A stretch of 64,000 nt of DNA, taken from assembly GCA_050575255.1 (NCBI GenBank), contig JBNZDD010013726.1, positions 7,092,236-7,156,235 of the forward strand. Direction: 5' to 3'. This DNA comes from Harriotta raleighana (taxonomy: Eukaryota). Shown here piece by piece: positions 26,473 to 41,036 of the stretch (position 1 is its first letter; each line of letters opens with the position of its first letter). The notes under the pieces are model-generated. The model was not told the DNA's origin and made no database searches. It saw only the letters and a program-made list of their open reading frames with translations. Made by a program: the position numbers and the translations under genes.

Positions 26473-29002
26473 AATACAATATAATATAATAAAGAAAGCC
26501 ACTTTTTTAAATAAACTGTAAACTGCTGTGATACTGTACTAGGAGGCTGAAATGCTTTACATCTGAGCTTTTACTGGAAGACTTAATACAGAGAAACAAA
26601 GCTTTGTATATACAATACATTAATGGACACCAAATGAACTGACTTGATTTAGAAATTCAGTTGCAGAAGAAAACATTTCACAAGTTCTTGGATTGCGACA
26701 TCCTCCTGAAAGGTACTATACAAATGTAATTTGTTGTTGTTTTTAGTTCCTATTCATTTGACAGAGGTGGATCTAGCAGATAATAAATAGTTGTAAGAAC
26801 CAAACCCAAAAGTTGCTTAATCTTCTTACACACCCAAAAGGCTTGCCTTAAAAAAATCTAGATATTCAGATCAGACCTGAACAGTAATATGAGGAACATC
26901 GCAAAGTAAATTCTGCATGTTTCTGAATATGTGGCATATAGTTATTTCAGGCTGAATATACGGTACAATATTACTGATTCAGCCTGATTGGGAACGGATT
27001 TAAAATACATTACTTAAAGAATCATTACCCCAATTTGTGTGAAGAAAAATTTAGCTAATGGATTTATCACAAATGATCATACACCATTAAAGTTCTGTCA
27101 GTATATGAACTGGCTTTGTTTAATACCAGAGTATTCAGTGAAACTGCTGAAACAAATTACACAAACATGTGGTTTGGGTTTGGAGTCATAAAATATAATC
27201 AGGATTGACTGTTCATGCCTATCCTGGTTTAGTATGACACCAAATACATAGATACAAGGTGAAGGGTCACACTTCTACAGAAACATATCATGTCGTCAAT
27301 TAACGCCTAATCTAAGAACCCAAATAAAGTTATGCTTTCTTGCCTTTGGTCAGATTCATTTTACATAAAGAGGAAGTTCACTATTCATATTTTTTCAACA
27401 AATACTTCTAGTCTGAACCAATTGTTTCTCCAACTCTCAAAATAAAATCTTAAGTGGGAAGATTGTGCAGCTGTAAACAACAATCTGGCTGATTCACACC
27501 ATTGGCTTCTTGTGTGAGTGTCAGGGCCATGACTGGGAGAGGTCAACTGAAGTCCAGCTCTAAACAATACAACTACTGGACCAGCACAAGAAGCAGCGGC
27601 TGAAACCCATGTTTCTTTATGCTAAAGACTCAACGTAAATGCAAGAGATAGTCCTTAGTGAAATTATAGGATGCAGTTGGGGAATGTGCAAAATATCAGT
27701 TGTGTCGAGACATTACTGTATTTTGATGGAGATTGATTGGGTTGATTGTTACTTTGTTTTGCTTTCTCTGTCTCCACCAACTATTTTGTAAAACAGAGAA
27801 GACACTTACTGGAGATTACGACAAACAAACAAAACATGCCTGCATCATTTGAATTCTAAAGAAACCCATCTGATTGACAGCGATTTAATACTGCTCCTCA
27901 AAAAACTGCTCAGCAAGGAATCTAGGGATGACTATTTCCTATCCCTTGGAATTAGTGCTGCACCAAAGCTTGCAGCGTGTAATTAGCAGAAAGAAAGATT
28001 TTCAAATGAAAATCATTGGTACTATATACAGCAAAGCAATTACAAAAACAGAAGAAGTTACTGGGCCACAAATATCATTTTGGAGAAAGGTTTCAAAAAT
28101 GTTTATTTTCAAATGATAGCAATTAAACTTTCCAGAATTGCAGCACCAAAAAATGGTGGATTTCATGGTATTGAGTAAACAGTTGATTCACATCAGACAT
28201 TTCTCTGAACTGAACTAAAAATACTATATCAGAATCTTAACTATATCGAATTTGTAAATAAAATCATCCCAAATTGTTCTTTCTGGCACACTGGACTGGT
28301 ATTCTTTCTTTAAATTCTCCAATTCCCCAAAGCATTAAAAGCCTTTTTCAAAGGGCAAATACTGCCTTTATTACCACCTGGATTTTGAGAATTTTTCCAC
28401 AGAGATTCTAGCAGACAAGAGTGGAAAATGAATTGAATAAAAAGGGATGGTGAAATCTGAACAATGGTAATGAGTATAAAAGATATGTTAATACAACATT
28501 GCATATTGCTGTTGACGTCACGCATTCAGGTAGTATTCATGTCACCAAATATTGCTTTTCCATGTATGATGACCGTGGCACATCAAATTCTCCTTTACTG
28601 GTGAATGAGGTGGATTTTCATCTCCACAGATCTCTCACACCAGGCTACAGCCACGGAGATAAAGCCCACTTGCAAATCTTTCTTCCATCAAAAGATTTGT
28701 TTGCACCACGTGAAATTTGACATCAGAGAGAAGGCCAAGCTTGTGTTAACCTTGATTAAAGCTGACCCTCTTTGTATTGGAAATCACAGCAGTGCTCCTC
28801 TCTGCACAGATCAGCCTAATTGAGGGCACAGTTTGACACAAATTGCCAAACCTGTGATGTCAAAACACTGAGACATGAACACGGAAAGAAGTATTGGAGA
28901 AGCTGCCTTCGACCTACAGGTTATGGAAACAAGTTGCCCAAACCCTGCCTGGGGACTGATGTGAGATGTGGAAGCAGAGACCAAACGAGTGGGAGAGAAT
29001 GT

Positions 29003-29072
29003 ACAACAACAACAACAACAGTATTACATTTGTTTAGCGCCTTCCACATTGGGAGGACATCCCAAGGGGCTG
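29003..29072 (-). mobile_element. L2 3' end
   Basis: (CAA)n plus reverse-complement stem-loop. Confidence 0.7.
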
Positions 29073-29302
29073 GAGAGTTAGGTATTAAATGTCCGTAGTA
29101 ATTGTTATGCCAGAAATAGTGACATCGCAACCTGCAAACATCTGTACCCTGTGACCAAGAAAAGCCTTGTAAAATATTTAGAGTCACAAAGATGAGACCC
29201 TTCGATGGTCACCGGAATATAAATAATGCATCAACCCTTTTGCAAATGAGCAAGTTTGCTAAAACAAAATGATGTTGACTGACCGGTACTGTAAGTGATG
29301 GT

Positions 29303-29373
29303 AACGACAACGACAACAACAAAGTTACATTTATAGAGCGCCTTTCATATCGGGAGGAAGTCCCAAGTCGCTG
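29303..29373 (-). mobile_element. L2 3' end
   Basis: caacaacaaagttacatttatagagcgcctttcatatcgggagg. Confidence 0.7.
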
Positions 29374-30549
29374 AAACAAAGCAGGGGACACCAGAACATC
29401 TTGATTTATATTACACTAAGGAGAAAATGGAAACTTTCTAAATTTGTATTTCTCTCAGACGGGATATATAAGTTCCCCTACTATAAGTATGCACATCACA
29501 TTGTTAAAAACATCCCATTGACGTTTAAATCATTCCCACAGTTGGTTATACCAGATAGCTCCAACATGATGCAAAGCTGCATCAATTGCAGAAGATATCG
29601 AGACAGAGTACTGTATCTCAGTTTTCCCACCCAACACATTTCATACTTAAAGGGGAAATGTAGCATATTAAATACCTGTACATTTAGTCATCAAGCTACT
29701 GTATTTTGGCTGAAAACTCACAAGGAGCAGTTAGTAATGGATGAATTGTGTACAATGTCTACCAACGTAACATGACAAAATTACATTTTCATGATATTTT
29801 GACTGTCGTATGCTCCTCCCATCTATTACTCCAGTTAGTGTGAATACTGTATTGTTGTCTAGAGAAGCCAAATCCCATTCCTATTCATCTGCACTGCCAT
29901 CTACATGATGACATACATTGGAATTGGTCTATATCTAGTTACCAATGTTGTTCAGACCACAATAGATTCTTGCTGCTAAAGCGATTTAATGTACTTATAG
30001 CCAAATTACTTATTAAGCTTGTGGGTTTCTCAGGTTCGAATGTGACTACATTATGTATTATGGCATGAAGGTAAGTAACTTAGTCAGTGATACGTTGTTT
30101 AATACACTGCCACAAATGTACATTTCCAGCTAAGAGTTTCCATTGCAGAGCAAAAATAACAGGGGCAATTAAAACAGTTTGTATCACTGAGGAGTGTGGT
30201 TCATATCAGATGCACATTGGTAGAAAATATAAAAAATGTAAATGTAATTTGTTGTTGTTGATGTGATCAACCTGATTTCCTCCCGACATGAAAGGCACTC
30301 TATACATGTAATTTTGTTGTATTATAGTGTTGTTGTGTTTACAGCAACTAGTTTTCTGTTCACTTTGTGCAACCTCCATTTGTTTCCTTTGGTCATTAAT
30401 TCAGGATGCATAAAACAAACATGTTTACTCTCAGACAGGAAGATAACTGTAGCCAAGATGCATGTAACGGAGCAATTAAATACTGTTTATATACATATCA
30501 TCTTTAATCCACACAGTGAAACAATTATAGTTAAATCACATCAATTACA

Positions 30550-30845
30550 ATGTAATTCTGGGCACTAAACTTTAGGAAGGATGTCAAGGCCTTCGAGTGT
30601 GTGCAAAAGGAGATGAAAAATGTCTGTTATGTGGAGAGTCTAGATTGCTCTCCTCAGAGCAGAGAAGATTAAGGGGCGATTTAAAAGAGGTGTTCAAAAT
30701 GATGAGGGGTTTTGATAAGAGTAACTAAGGGGACCTGTTTCCACCGGTAGGTGGGTCGGGAACCAAAGGACAATAATTTGAGATAATTAGAAAGGAACCA
30801 GAAGAGAAACATAATAACTTTGAAATGGGAATTGGACATATACAT
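30550..30845 (+). mobile_element. CR1 LINE ORF2 3' fragment
   Basis: Decayed CR1 RT C-terminus (RKDVKA.E.VQ, EQRRLRGDLKEVFKMMRGFD, FKWELDIYM). Confidence 0.75.
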
Positions 30846-31380
30846 GAAAAGAAAAAAAAAATGTTTCTCATTCATAATATTGCAGCAATTCATCATTGCC
30901 ATTAGCTGCAGGAAATCAGGTTTATATTTCCTGACCTAAAAATAAGACTGGACAGCCAGTCACTTGACCACCCAAGAACATTTTATACATAAAAAGATTA
31001 AGATTGAAAGTTTTGTTATGAAATCGGCTGTACAACTTTTGATACTGTGGTTGATCGCATACATTCCATTTCAAAACCCTCTGAAAATGTTTTTTCTGGG
31101 ACGGGGATGGATGGATAATCCACATTCATTTTGCACTTTCAGTATTTATTCAAAGATAAATACAACATTTGGCTCACACAAGGTCAATATTTGTCAAGAG
31201 AATAAAGCAAACCACTTTAGCAAATGAGGCCCATGGGCTGCAGACACTAAGTGATTGGAAATCTCTGGCTCCATCTCGAGGATTAAAGTTGCAGTGTTTT
31301 GTATGTGTGTGTGTTTGTTTTTTTTATTTGTATTTATTTTTTACACACACACACACACACACACGTATGCTTTATGTGTT

Positions 31381-31750
31381 CATAGATTCATAGATTCATA
31401 GAAGTTTACGGCACAAAAGGAGGCCATTCGGCCCATCTAGTCTGTGCTGGCTCTTTGAAAAGAGCGATTTAATCCCACTGCCCTGCTCGCTCCCCATAGC
31501 CTAATAGACCTGTTCTCCCTAAATAAAGATCTAATTCCCTTTTAAAAGTTGTTATCGAATCAGCCTCCACCACCTTTTCAGGCAATGCATTCCAGATTCG
31601 AACAACTCGCTGAGTGAAAAAGTTTCTCCTCAGCTCCCCTCTACTTCGCTTTGAAACTATTTTAAATCTGTGACCACGGGTCACAGATTCGCCCACGAGT
31701 GGAAATAGTTTTTCTCTATTTGCCCTGTCGAAACCCCTCATGATCTTATA
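31381..31750 (-). mobile_element. Relatively intact CR1 LINE 3' end
   Basis: ORF 31469-31765 (YKIMRGFDRANREKLFPLVGESVTRGHRFKI...FFTQRVVRIWNALP...FKRELDLYL) is a CR1 ORF2 C-terminus, followed by a 3' UTR and (TCTATGAA)n tail. Confidence 0.9.
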
Positions 31751-32569
31751 CCTGTGTTCTACCACAGGTATGAAGATTAGACTATTGCAGGCAATCAGGT
31801 TTGATCAGAATCAGGCCGAATGATCAGAAACCCATTGATAAAACAGAGTTCCTCTTTTCAAACTCTAAAGTGCGCTAAAGCTGGTGGGTTTTAGGAAATA
31901 AATTCAAACCAAGTGAGTGTCAGTAGGCCAGCCCTGCGTGAAGTGATTGAGAATGGATCTTATTGGATTCTGTGGTGTCCTGGCAGAAGGCTTTTTATTT
32001 GTGTATTCATGTAAATAAGCTAACCAATAATTTGTATCGCAGGGTCATGCAGACACCAGCAAACTAATGCAGATCAAACAATTATTCTGTGTGATCTGTA
32101 TCAATGGAAATTAAGCTTGGCAACCTGCATTCCTGGCCCCAAGCAGCATTTCACTCACCACACACATTATCTAAATTTATCTTAATAACAGGAGAAAATA
32201 ATCCTCTGGTTGACAATCACTCCGAGTTCACTCACTCTTACAGATTAGTTATTAGGATGGTTATTCAATTTATCACATCCAATGGGGACTTGTATGTTTC
32301 CGTACCATTATACGCCATCTAATAATAATAATAATAATAATAAAATAGTCCATATGCAGTTGCACTAAATCCCAAAACACAACCAATAAAGAACTATGAT
32401 TTGCAGCTATTCTACAAAATCATCCTGTGTCACAGCTCAGAGCATGTTCAACATTGTACATAATGATTCTTATTTCACATGCTCACTTGTCTACCAAATG
32501 AACATTTTAATTTTGCCTTCTTGAACCCATCATTTATTTTTGATTGCTATCTCTACCTCTATTTCTATC

Positions 32570-32920
32570 TCAGTGATGAAAGCACTTGCCTCGCAAGTGA
32601 GAGACCTGTGTTCTATTCCCAGCAGGGCGAAATGTTGGGCGAGTTTCTTTACACGTCTTTGTTTACCCAGCAGGAAGCAGGAAGAGCCTGGCTGTTAGTC
32701 GATTGGTGGATCTCTTTTCCGGGGATAATAATCCTTGAAAAAATATATTAATTTGGTCACTCAATCCACGACTGTTTGTGGGACACAGCTGTGCCCAATT
32801 GGCTGCTACGTTTCTCCTCCAAATATAGTCAATTCACTTTAAGTGTATTCTGTGAAACGCTTTGAGGCATCCAGAAGATGTGATAAGGCACCACATCAAA
32901 TGCAAGGATTATTATTAGCA
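32570..32920 (+). mobile_element. SINE family A, long form
   Basis: tRNA-like head, extra central block tgtttacccagcagg...gtcgattgg, core and tail. Confidence 0.8.
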
Positions 32921-34049
32921 GTAGTATTATTACTATTATTATTACCTTGGCTCAACTCGGAAAGTACACACCGTCATTCTCCACCCTATAAAGAGTTGGG
33001 GAATCTGCCCCCTGTGTTCCACTAATTCTACTCTTGATACAACCACCGGGAGGAGTATGAGAGCTACTACAGTCACCTCTGCTGTCTTCTTCCCTGAAGA
33101 GGTACTGTACTGAGCTATGCGCATCACATTCCTTTGATAGCATCACTGCTTGTCATGTGGAATAAATCATATCTGACCACACCTAACGCAGAGCACCACC
33201 AGATAATCATAACCATGGTTGCATTTGAATCGTGCTGCTTTCANGTGGGCAGCATTTCATATCTGACCACACCTAACGCAGAGCACCACCAGATAATCAT
33301 AACCATGGTTGCATTTGAATCGTGCTGCTTTCACAAACCCATTGAAAATGTGGGCAGTACATTCACACTCTCTAGAAAACATATGGTTCAATTTTGCACA
33401 GCCATTACACACAGTTAGCCTCTGGGCAATACTGACTGGTCTTAAACATTTAAACTTGTTTCAGCATTAAAGTAAAATGAATCATAACTCACTCTCCCTA
33501 TATCACCCAGAAAACGCAGTCTTTGCACTTCACAGTGCATCTTTTTAGGACATCCTCCTGATGTGAAGGCGCTATCCAAAATGTAATTATTTGTTATTAT
33601 CACTGCTGCAGATCCAATAATAAAATATTCAACACTTAGCTTTTCTAACTGATGTCAATATTGTAACGTCATTTTAGCAAAATCGGGATTTTGTGGCATC
33701 ACCTTACAATATTTAGATTATTATTAGAACTTAACTACCGTACTTGCAACATTGATTGGACAAGTACGACATCTTCAAAACTGTGAAAATGTACTAATCA
33801 ATAATTATTCCTGTGAGTTTAGACAATGAGCATGCTAACCTTTTACTTGTACAACATTTTGTCATTTGAAGTACATTTTATCTAAATGTATAATTAATGC
33901 TGAGAATCTTTTGAACTGCTTTCAGATCTAAACAATTGAGGCTACATTGTGATGACCCAATTGTGAGCAAATTATGAATCAAATCATAACATTTACTGCA
34001 CAGAAAGTTATTCGATTCAGAGCCTTGGCTTGTGCTAATACCTCTGGGC

Positions 34050-34200
34050 TAAATGCAGCAGCCAATTGGGCATTGCAATGTCCCACAAACAGTTGTGGAT
34101 TGAAATGACTGATCTATCTTTTTTGAGGGATTATTATTAAGTGTGTGGAGTAAGGAAACTTGCCCACCAAGGTTTTTCCCTGTCTGGATTCGAACACAGG
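34050..34200 (-). mobile_element. SINE family A internal fragment
   Basis: Reverse complement from B box to core. Confidence 0.75.
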
Positions 34201-36714
34201 ATTGTGATCTAACTGAGGTTAGATCGTAATCCTGCACTAAATCAAGTTNAGGTTTTTCCCTGTCTGGATTCGAACACGGGATTGTGATCTAACTGAGGTT
34301 AGATCGTAATCCTGCACTAAATCAAGTTTACGAGATGACGAGAATGATAATAATCATTGTGTTTGGTATAGCACCTTATCACATCATTGCGATGCTCTTC
34401 CTGTATCTTTCAGACGCTCAGTGGGTCGGTGTAGAGAGTGACGTAGGCTCACTCTCCACACTATTAATATTAGACATTAAATATTAATTCTATTCTGATT
34501 TCTTAGGTTTAGCCCATATGTTTTTATATTGCTCGTCATCAAAGATTTATCCAATTCCCTTCTCAATGTTGTTGTGGTCATTCATTCACAATATTCATGC
34601 AAGTCTATACAGAGAAAATGCAGCTCCTTCCAGGTACAGTCAGGTCATCTTCAATCGTTTTCATTCCTACCTTACCCCATCTCACCCAACAAATTAATCT
34701 TAACACTATATGAAGATATACCAATTCTTTCTGTTGCAGGGTTGCAGGAGAAAAACAATACTGAACTGGCAATTACCCAATTATTTCAAACATTTAAAAC
34801 AAGGAATAGTAGATGACTATAGAGGCTACCAGAGTTTTCATTTTGATTGTACACTCTGCCATAAATCCTTGGCAAAAGCAAGTGTGTTATGGACAAACAT
34901 TCCTGAAGCCAGATTTGGACACCAATGCTGCCAAACAACATCTGAGTAAACCTCCCACAAATATTAAAATGTAACTCATATCAGGAGACGAACTTCCTTA
35001 ACCCAGTGAAAAAGAGTGAATAGTCTTATTGTATTAATGTTTTTCAGCTTCACAGGGCGGAACTGGGAACCTGTAGAAGCACAGAAGCATTTGGCCCATG
35101 GACACCAAAGTTTCCCTGGACCTCCCACAATCTTAAGCATTAATTTAGTAATTTAGAAACAAATGATTTTTGTCCAGAGATCATTACGGCAGTCCTTAAT
35201 ATGCACATTTTGATGCAGCCTTTTGCGATTTGAGAGCTCTTCATAATGTAATTACAATTATAATTCCACTCTTAAATTTCCCATTTTGAAACAATGAAAG
35301 GTAGGTCTTAATTGCACTTGATAAAATATCGCACAATTATAAAAGCATCCTCGACTTGCAAGAGTCATAGCATGAATCATTAAAAGCCTCTCAATCCACA
35401 TTGGTTCCCATAATTATATGGATTATGTTATTGGCATATATACAGTGCTGAGGTATGACAGCCAATGCCTTTGGTCTTGATCATGTGGTTTTCTTTACAC
35501 CCATTACCTAATCCAGTACAATTAGCATCATCGTGTTTCACTGGTGTTCATATTGGCCTCTGTAGCACAGTGATGATTCACTTCATTAATTTACTTCAGT
35601 GCTTCACAACACTGCCCTTGGATAGAAAGATAACAACAACAACTTGCACTTATATGCCCTTCCTGTAGGCCAGGACACCGGGAGAAACTCCCTTCTCTTT
35701 TTGTACTGTATAGCGTCATGAGATCGGAAGCATCCACCTGAACAGGCAGGCAGAATCTCGGTTTAACGTCACATCCAAAGGAACTGAATATGTATTTACA
35801 GGAGGGGACAAATCATACCAGAAAACGGTATCATTCTTATATGTACAGCTCAATCATTCTGTGCATTTTAAACAGGTACAGATGTTTTCTTAACATCTGC
35901 ATGTGTTTAAAATACAGATGAAAGGCCTTTTGTTTTAAAACAACTGAAACGTTCTTTGTTTGCAATAGTTTTGCTTAGGTAGTGCTGATGATAAGATATG
36001 ATATGTCAGGGAAAACTAACTGACTTGGAGGAAGCAACTAAATCCGATTGCATAGTGAAGCTGAATGATCAGCAGAGGAATTTGTGACTGTGCCATTTTA
36101 ACTGTGGCTGTTAATTCAGGTCTCTCACAGGATCATTTTCCAAATCATCTCTGTTTCCTCAAACAACTTCACCTTTATTCCCCTTTTAAAAGTTGTTGCA
36201 AGAGTTTTTTAAAAAAAACAGAAAATGCATTAAAACACAGGGTGTGAAATTGTTGATCGGAAGAGTTTGTAACATTTTTTATTTTATCAAAATATATTCT
36301 TAATATTTCTACAATTCATGCAATTGTATAATTCATGAATAGAAACAAAACAAAATCCAAGCTTGTCCTCTGTCCACTATAGCTGTACCTACAGCTCTGT
36401 CTAAATCACAGTAGATCATGTATGTGTTATTATGAATGTGTTTTTTGGAACAGCAGAATCTTGGTTAAACTACCACACAGAATACTGGTCCAGGTAATGG
36501 ATATACAGTAGATACCAGAAGAGTAGCTGGGAAGAGACGACAGGGAAGTGGGATTAGGGAAGCTAGTTTGGGCAGTTTGCCATAGTGGCATGGAATGGTC
36601 TGTGGTGAAGAGGGATGAAAGGACTCTATAACCTTCCCCAATTCCTGTATTGTACATGGGAGTCAGACACAGCAGAACATTACAAATATTAGAACTAGAA
36701 ACAATAATAGATAA

Positions 36715-36877
36715 ATCATTTTCATTCCATGACTTTGTGGGACGCTGCTGTGCACAATTGGCTGCCGTTCACCCACAAATATGCAGTCAATTCACTTTGC
36801 AATACATTTCATGAAGCGCATTGAAATATCTAGAAGACGTGAAAAGAACTATATCATATGCAACGATTATTATTATT
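36715..36877 (+). mobile_element. SINE family A 3' half
   Basis: tttgtgggacgctgctgtgcacaattggctgcc through to the tail. Confidence 0.8.
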
Positions 36878-37523
36878 AACTAATCACCAAAGCCAGCTGC
36901 AAGGTCCTGAGCCAGCCTTACCCACTGTTTAAAATTTACACACTGCCCTGTACCAAGTTCATTGTGATGTGCTTCACAAATAAAATATCTGAAAGTTTTT
37001 AAAAGTGTTGTAACCAAAGAATAATTCCAATAAAAAAAACTGTTTCCAACTGATTTGAAACCAGCAGCTGGAGAATATTAAACGAGTTGAATTCTGTTCT
37101 TTTTTTCAACCAGTACATTCAGAAGCAGCTGTAAATTTGCAAAGAATCCAACTTGCCAGCCATCCCGAGTGCTGAGATTGGGTCATGGCATCACTTTGGA
37201 ATATGTTACAGTCCTGGAAGAAGCTTATGACACTTTGCATCATGTTCGATACCACAGCCAAATAGTCACAGGAAAAGTTGAATCAATCACTTAGAAACTC
37301 GGCTCAAGTAAAGTGTCCAAAGCAGAAGAGGAAATTAACTGCTTAGTGGGATCTACTTCATTCAGATCAACTTTGCAAAGTATTCAGATAGCACTAAATC
37401 GGAATGTTTAATGGAACCTGACGAGGATATAAAAATTTGCTAAATTATCTGGCCTGTGTTTAATTAGATTGTTGTTTTACTTCTGATTTGGGTCCCAAAC
37501 CTAGAATTTTGGAGGATGATAAA

Positions 37524-37700
37524 AACAACAACAAATTACATCTGAATAGCGCCTTTGGGACATCCTCCCGATGTGAAAGGTGCTCTATTAATGTAATTTT
37601 GTTGNTAACAACAACAAATTACATCTGAATAGCGCCTTTGGGACATCCTCCTGATGTGAAAGGTGCTCTATTAATGTAATTTTGTTGTTTTTGTTGTTGT
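37524..37700. mobile_element. Palindromic double-tailed L2 3' end, artefactually duplicated across the n at 37605
   Basis: Reverse-complement tail on the left, forward tail on the right, sharing the central stem-loop. Confidence 0.7.
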
Positions 37701-39943
37701 TAATGTTGGAAGAATGTGCCAAATATCTGGATGCAGTAACGCAACTCGTTACTGCATCCAGATAAATATTAGGTTTCTTGCCCGTAATGAAAATGAAAGA
37801 CAGTGCCTCTTTCAAGGCATTTCTTTTATTTTCTTCTGGTTCTTCTCCTCTAATACATACATACACAATGCGAGAGTTTCAAGATTGTAACAATAAGCAC
37901 CTAATTTGTGTGTCACCCTTTGATTTTATTGAAATCTTTGTGTAGTCTTCTTCAATTACTCTGGATTCCGATTGTGGGGCAACTTGTGAGTAAGTGTGCA
38001 ATCGGTGGGAATTTATTTCTACTGCAATCGGTGTGAATGCAGCTTCCTCTCCAACTCTAGATACTGTCTTTGTTTTCCATCTTTCATAACCATCTTTCAT
38101 CTTTCGTAAAAAAGCTACAAGATTTACACATCTCAGAGAGAGTCAAGTGAAGTGTTTATTTAGGATTGCTCCAGTCTATCAAATGAACAAATATCTTAAT
38201 TCAATGCATGTAAGTTAAGAGGACTTGCACTTAAAAGTTTTCTTACTTCTTATTGCATGTTTTTAAATCAGAAAGAGATGATCGTTTTTTGCAGCCTTTG
38301 CTTCCAAACCACATACAAAGGCCGTCATCATAGAAACCACAGCAACCATGTTTCTTGTCAGTCTCACCCTTACCGAGCTCTCTGATATCAGGGCTGCTTC
38401 TTCAGCTGTCAACATGACAGCTGCTGCTTGTTTATTAAATGTCATGCCTCTATTTACGTCTCTACAAAGACTCACAATTCAATTAATCAGTTTAAAAACA
38501 TTGCATAACCAGAAAACACATATTACCTGTGACTGATGCTTCACAGTGTCTTCACAAAGGCAAAACTCGCTTTGGATTCATCTCTGTCTCATCACAGCTA
38601 CTTTTCTGGTATCTATATCCAGTACTAACTAGTACTGCAAAGTGCCCGGGTCCTGTTTAAATACTAAGGTTGCAGGTGCACAGTCTGAGATGAGCAGGTG
38701 AGGTCGGTGGAAGCACACAGGGCAATAGGGAAAGGATCGTGGATTCAATTACAACACCATGCAGAATGTTTGAACTTCACTGCAAAACTGTTTGCTTCAT
38801 TTGAAAAGATTATTTTTTATGGCTGGCAAAGGATTAATAAATAATTCAGAAAGTGGCATTATTCATTTCTGTGACATTTATTTATACTGCATGGTGCTTA
38901 TGAAAGGTCATGTTTCTATCAGGTGCCATGAATAGCCACAATTGAACAACATTAAAGATAATTTATTTCATAATGACTAAGAAAAACTTGCCAAATATAA
39001 AAAGTGAAACAATACCATTGCAGAAATTCACAAGTGAAGAACTTGAAAAGCAAATACGGAGATCCAATTTATAGCAACTGTTAAATAAAAAGATCTCTTT
39101 TGTAACAAATTTCTGCTCCAAGGAGCAGTTGAAACCAAACACTTTCTCACACACAGACCCTTTTCAGGAATATCAGCAAGGCAGCAGCAACAATAACATT
39201 AATAAATCACTTCAAAAGCACATACTAAATTATATTTTTGTGTGTGTGTGTTATTACAATGAGCTAAAATCAATGACTTTGATCACGTTGAAAACCCACT
39301 AATTTAGTCCTCAGGTAGTTATGGTTTTGCAAAATAGAGTATATCTTGCATTTAAGTTGAGGAGGAACATTCATTTTGCCACTAGAGGGGGTAAATGTAT
39401 TATCCCTTGACTGCATCCATAAATTGTCTGGGCAGTCGTCCCAGCTTAAAATGTAACCTACATCAGATCTTTTCACTATTACCAAATTACCCACTGGTGA
39501 TTATCTTCCTGGGTGGGGGGTAGCGAGGTAAACTGAAATGGCTCCAAGATCACATCCTTTGCAACAGAATGTCAGAATCAGGCCAAACCCTCTTTGGTGG
39601 TCTCAGTCGTCCATTTTCTGAGCCAGGCAGGTCCATAGTTCTCCAGGTCACTGCTGATGACAGCACAGATGGCTTGGCTCATCGTCAGGACGCGGAACGA
39701 CGGGCCAGTCTCTGATGGCAGAAACTCTTCCCATACAGTTCCCCTTAACCTTGCAAGCCAAAGCCCTAACGGGTAACAATTTCTGGAACGTCCACGTTTT
39801 GGCAGGAGGCTCGGAAACTTTCGCTTGATTTGGATAATCTTAATCATGGTGATGGGTTTTTGCATGTGTCAGACCCGCGGCCAATTAAAAAAAAACTATC
39901 ATAATAAAATCCATCTGCCCCTGACTTCACCAGTCAAACTTGT

Positions 39944-40260
39944 GGAGCTCCTGTAGCTCAGTGGTTAGAGCTCTCGCCTTACAAGCGTGAGATTTGTGTT
40001 CAAATCCAATCAGATCAGGGGGAAATCTTGGACAAGTTTCCTTACTCCACATGCCTAATAATAATCCATCCCCAAAAAACAAGAATAAAATTGGTCATTT
40101 TCAATCCACGACTGTTTGTGGGACACCTCTTGTGCGCAATTGACTGCCGCGTTTCGCCCACAAATATACAGTCAATTCACTTTACAGTATTTTCTGTGAA
40201 GCACTTTGAGATATCGATAATTTGTGAAAAGCACTATATCAAATGCAAAGATTATTATTA
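39944..40260 (+). mobile_element. SINE family A, full length
   Basis: gtagctcagtggttagagc head through to the gattattatta tail. Confidence 0.9.
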
Positions 40261-40720
40261 CAGTATTATTATATACTGGCCGGGCTGGAAGGACTCTAAT
40301 AATTTCTCATATTTCTGCAGGAAAAAAGAAGGTTCTTTACTGGAAAAGGGCATCACAATGTTATTGAACACAATCATATCCCAAACACTCAAGCATTACA
40401 CTAAACAAGACTGATGAATGCAGCTTTTCAGGTCAGCCAGGCTGCAGGTAAAATTAATACAATGATTACCAGCGAACGTCTCACTGTTTTATTCACTGCC
40501 TATGTCTGGAGCTATGGATATATGAACTACTATAATGCAATTCGAAATGTGTGTTTTGATCACTTCAAAGTAACACAAAATCATAGCTAAATAAAATGAC
40601 TTATTCAGAACAATTTTGTGTAAGAAACACAACGCAATTCTGCAAGATGTTAAACACAGCCTTTTAGCAAGAGTCAGGGAGTAGGAACCTCTAATATAGT
40701 GACAAAAATATGGATAATGT

Positions 40721-41036
40721 AATAATAATAATCCTTGCATTTAATATAGTGCTTTTCACATCTTCTAGATGTCTCAAAGTGCTTCACAGAATATACTGTA
40801 AAATTTACTGTAAAGTTAATTGACTGTATACATGTGGGTGAAACATGGCAGCCAAATGCGCACAGCAGTGTCCCACAAACAGTCATGGATTGAAATGATT
40901 AATTCATTTTTTTTGGAGGGATTATCATCAGGCATGTGGAGTAAGGAAACTTGCCCAAGGTTTCGCCCTGTCGGGAATTAAACCCAGGTCTCTCACTTGC
41001 AAGGCAAGTGCTCTAACCTCTGAGCTACAGGACTCC
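40721..41036 (-). mobile_element. SINE family A, full length
   Basis: Full reverse-complement copy, tail-to-tail with 39944-40260. Confidence 0.9.

Noticed and set aside
31300-31365. (TG)n and (CA)n tracts that could pair
   Set aside because: Ordinary microsatellites next to a CR1 tail.
33134-33418. ORF with an internal peptide repeat
   Set aside because: Produced by the duplication across the n at 33244.
37879-38475. Two protein-looking minus-strand ORFs (73 and 70 aa)
   Set aside because: No recognisable homology, no strong in-phase splice sites, and lengths expected by chance.
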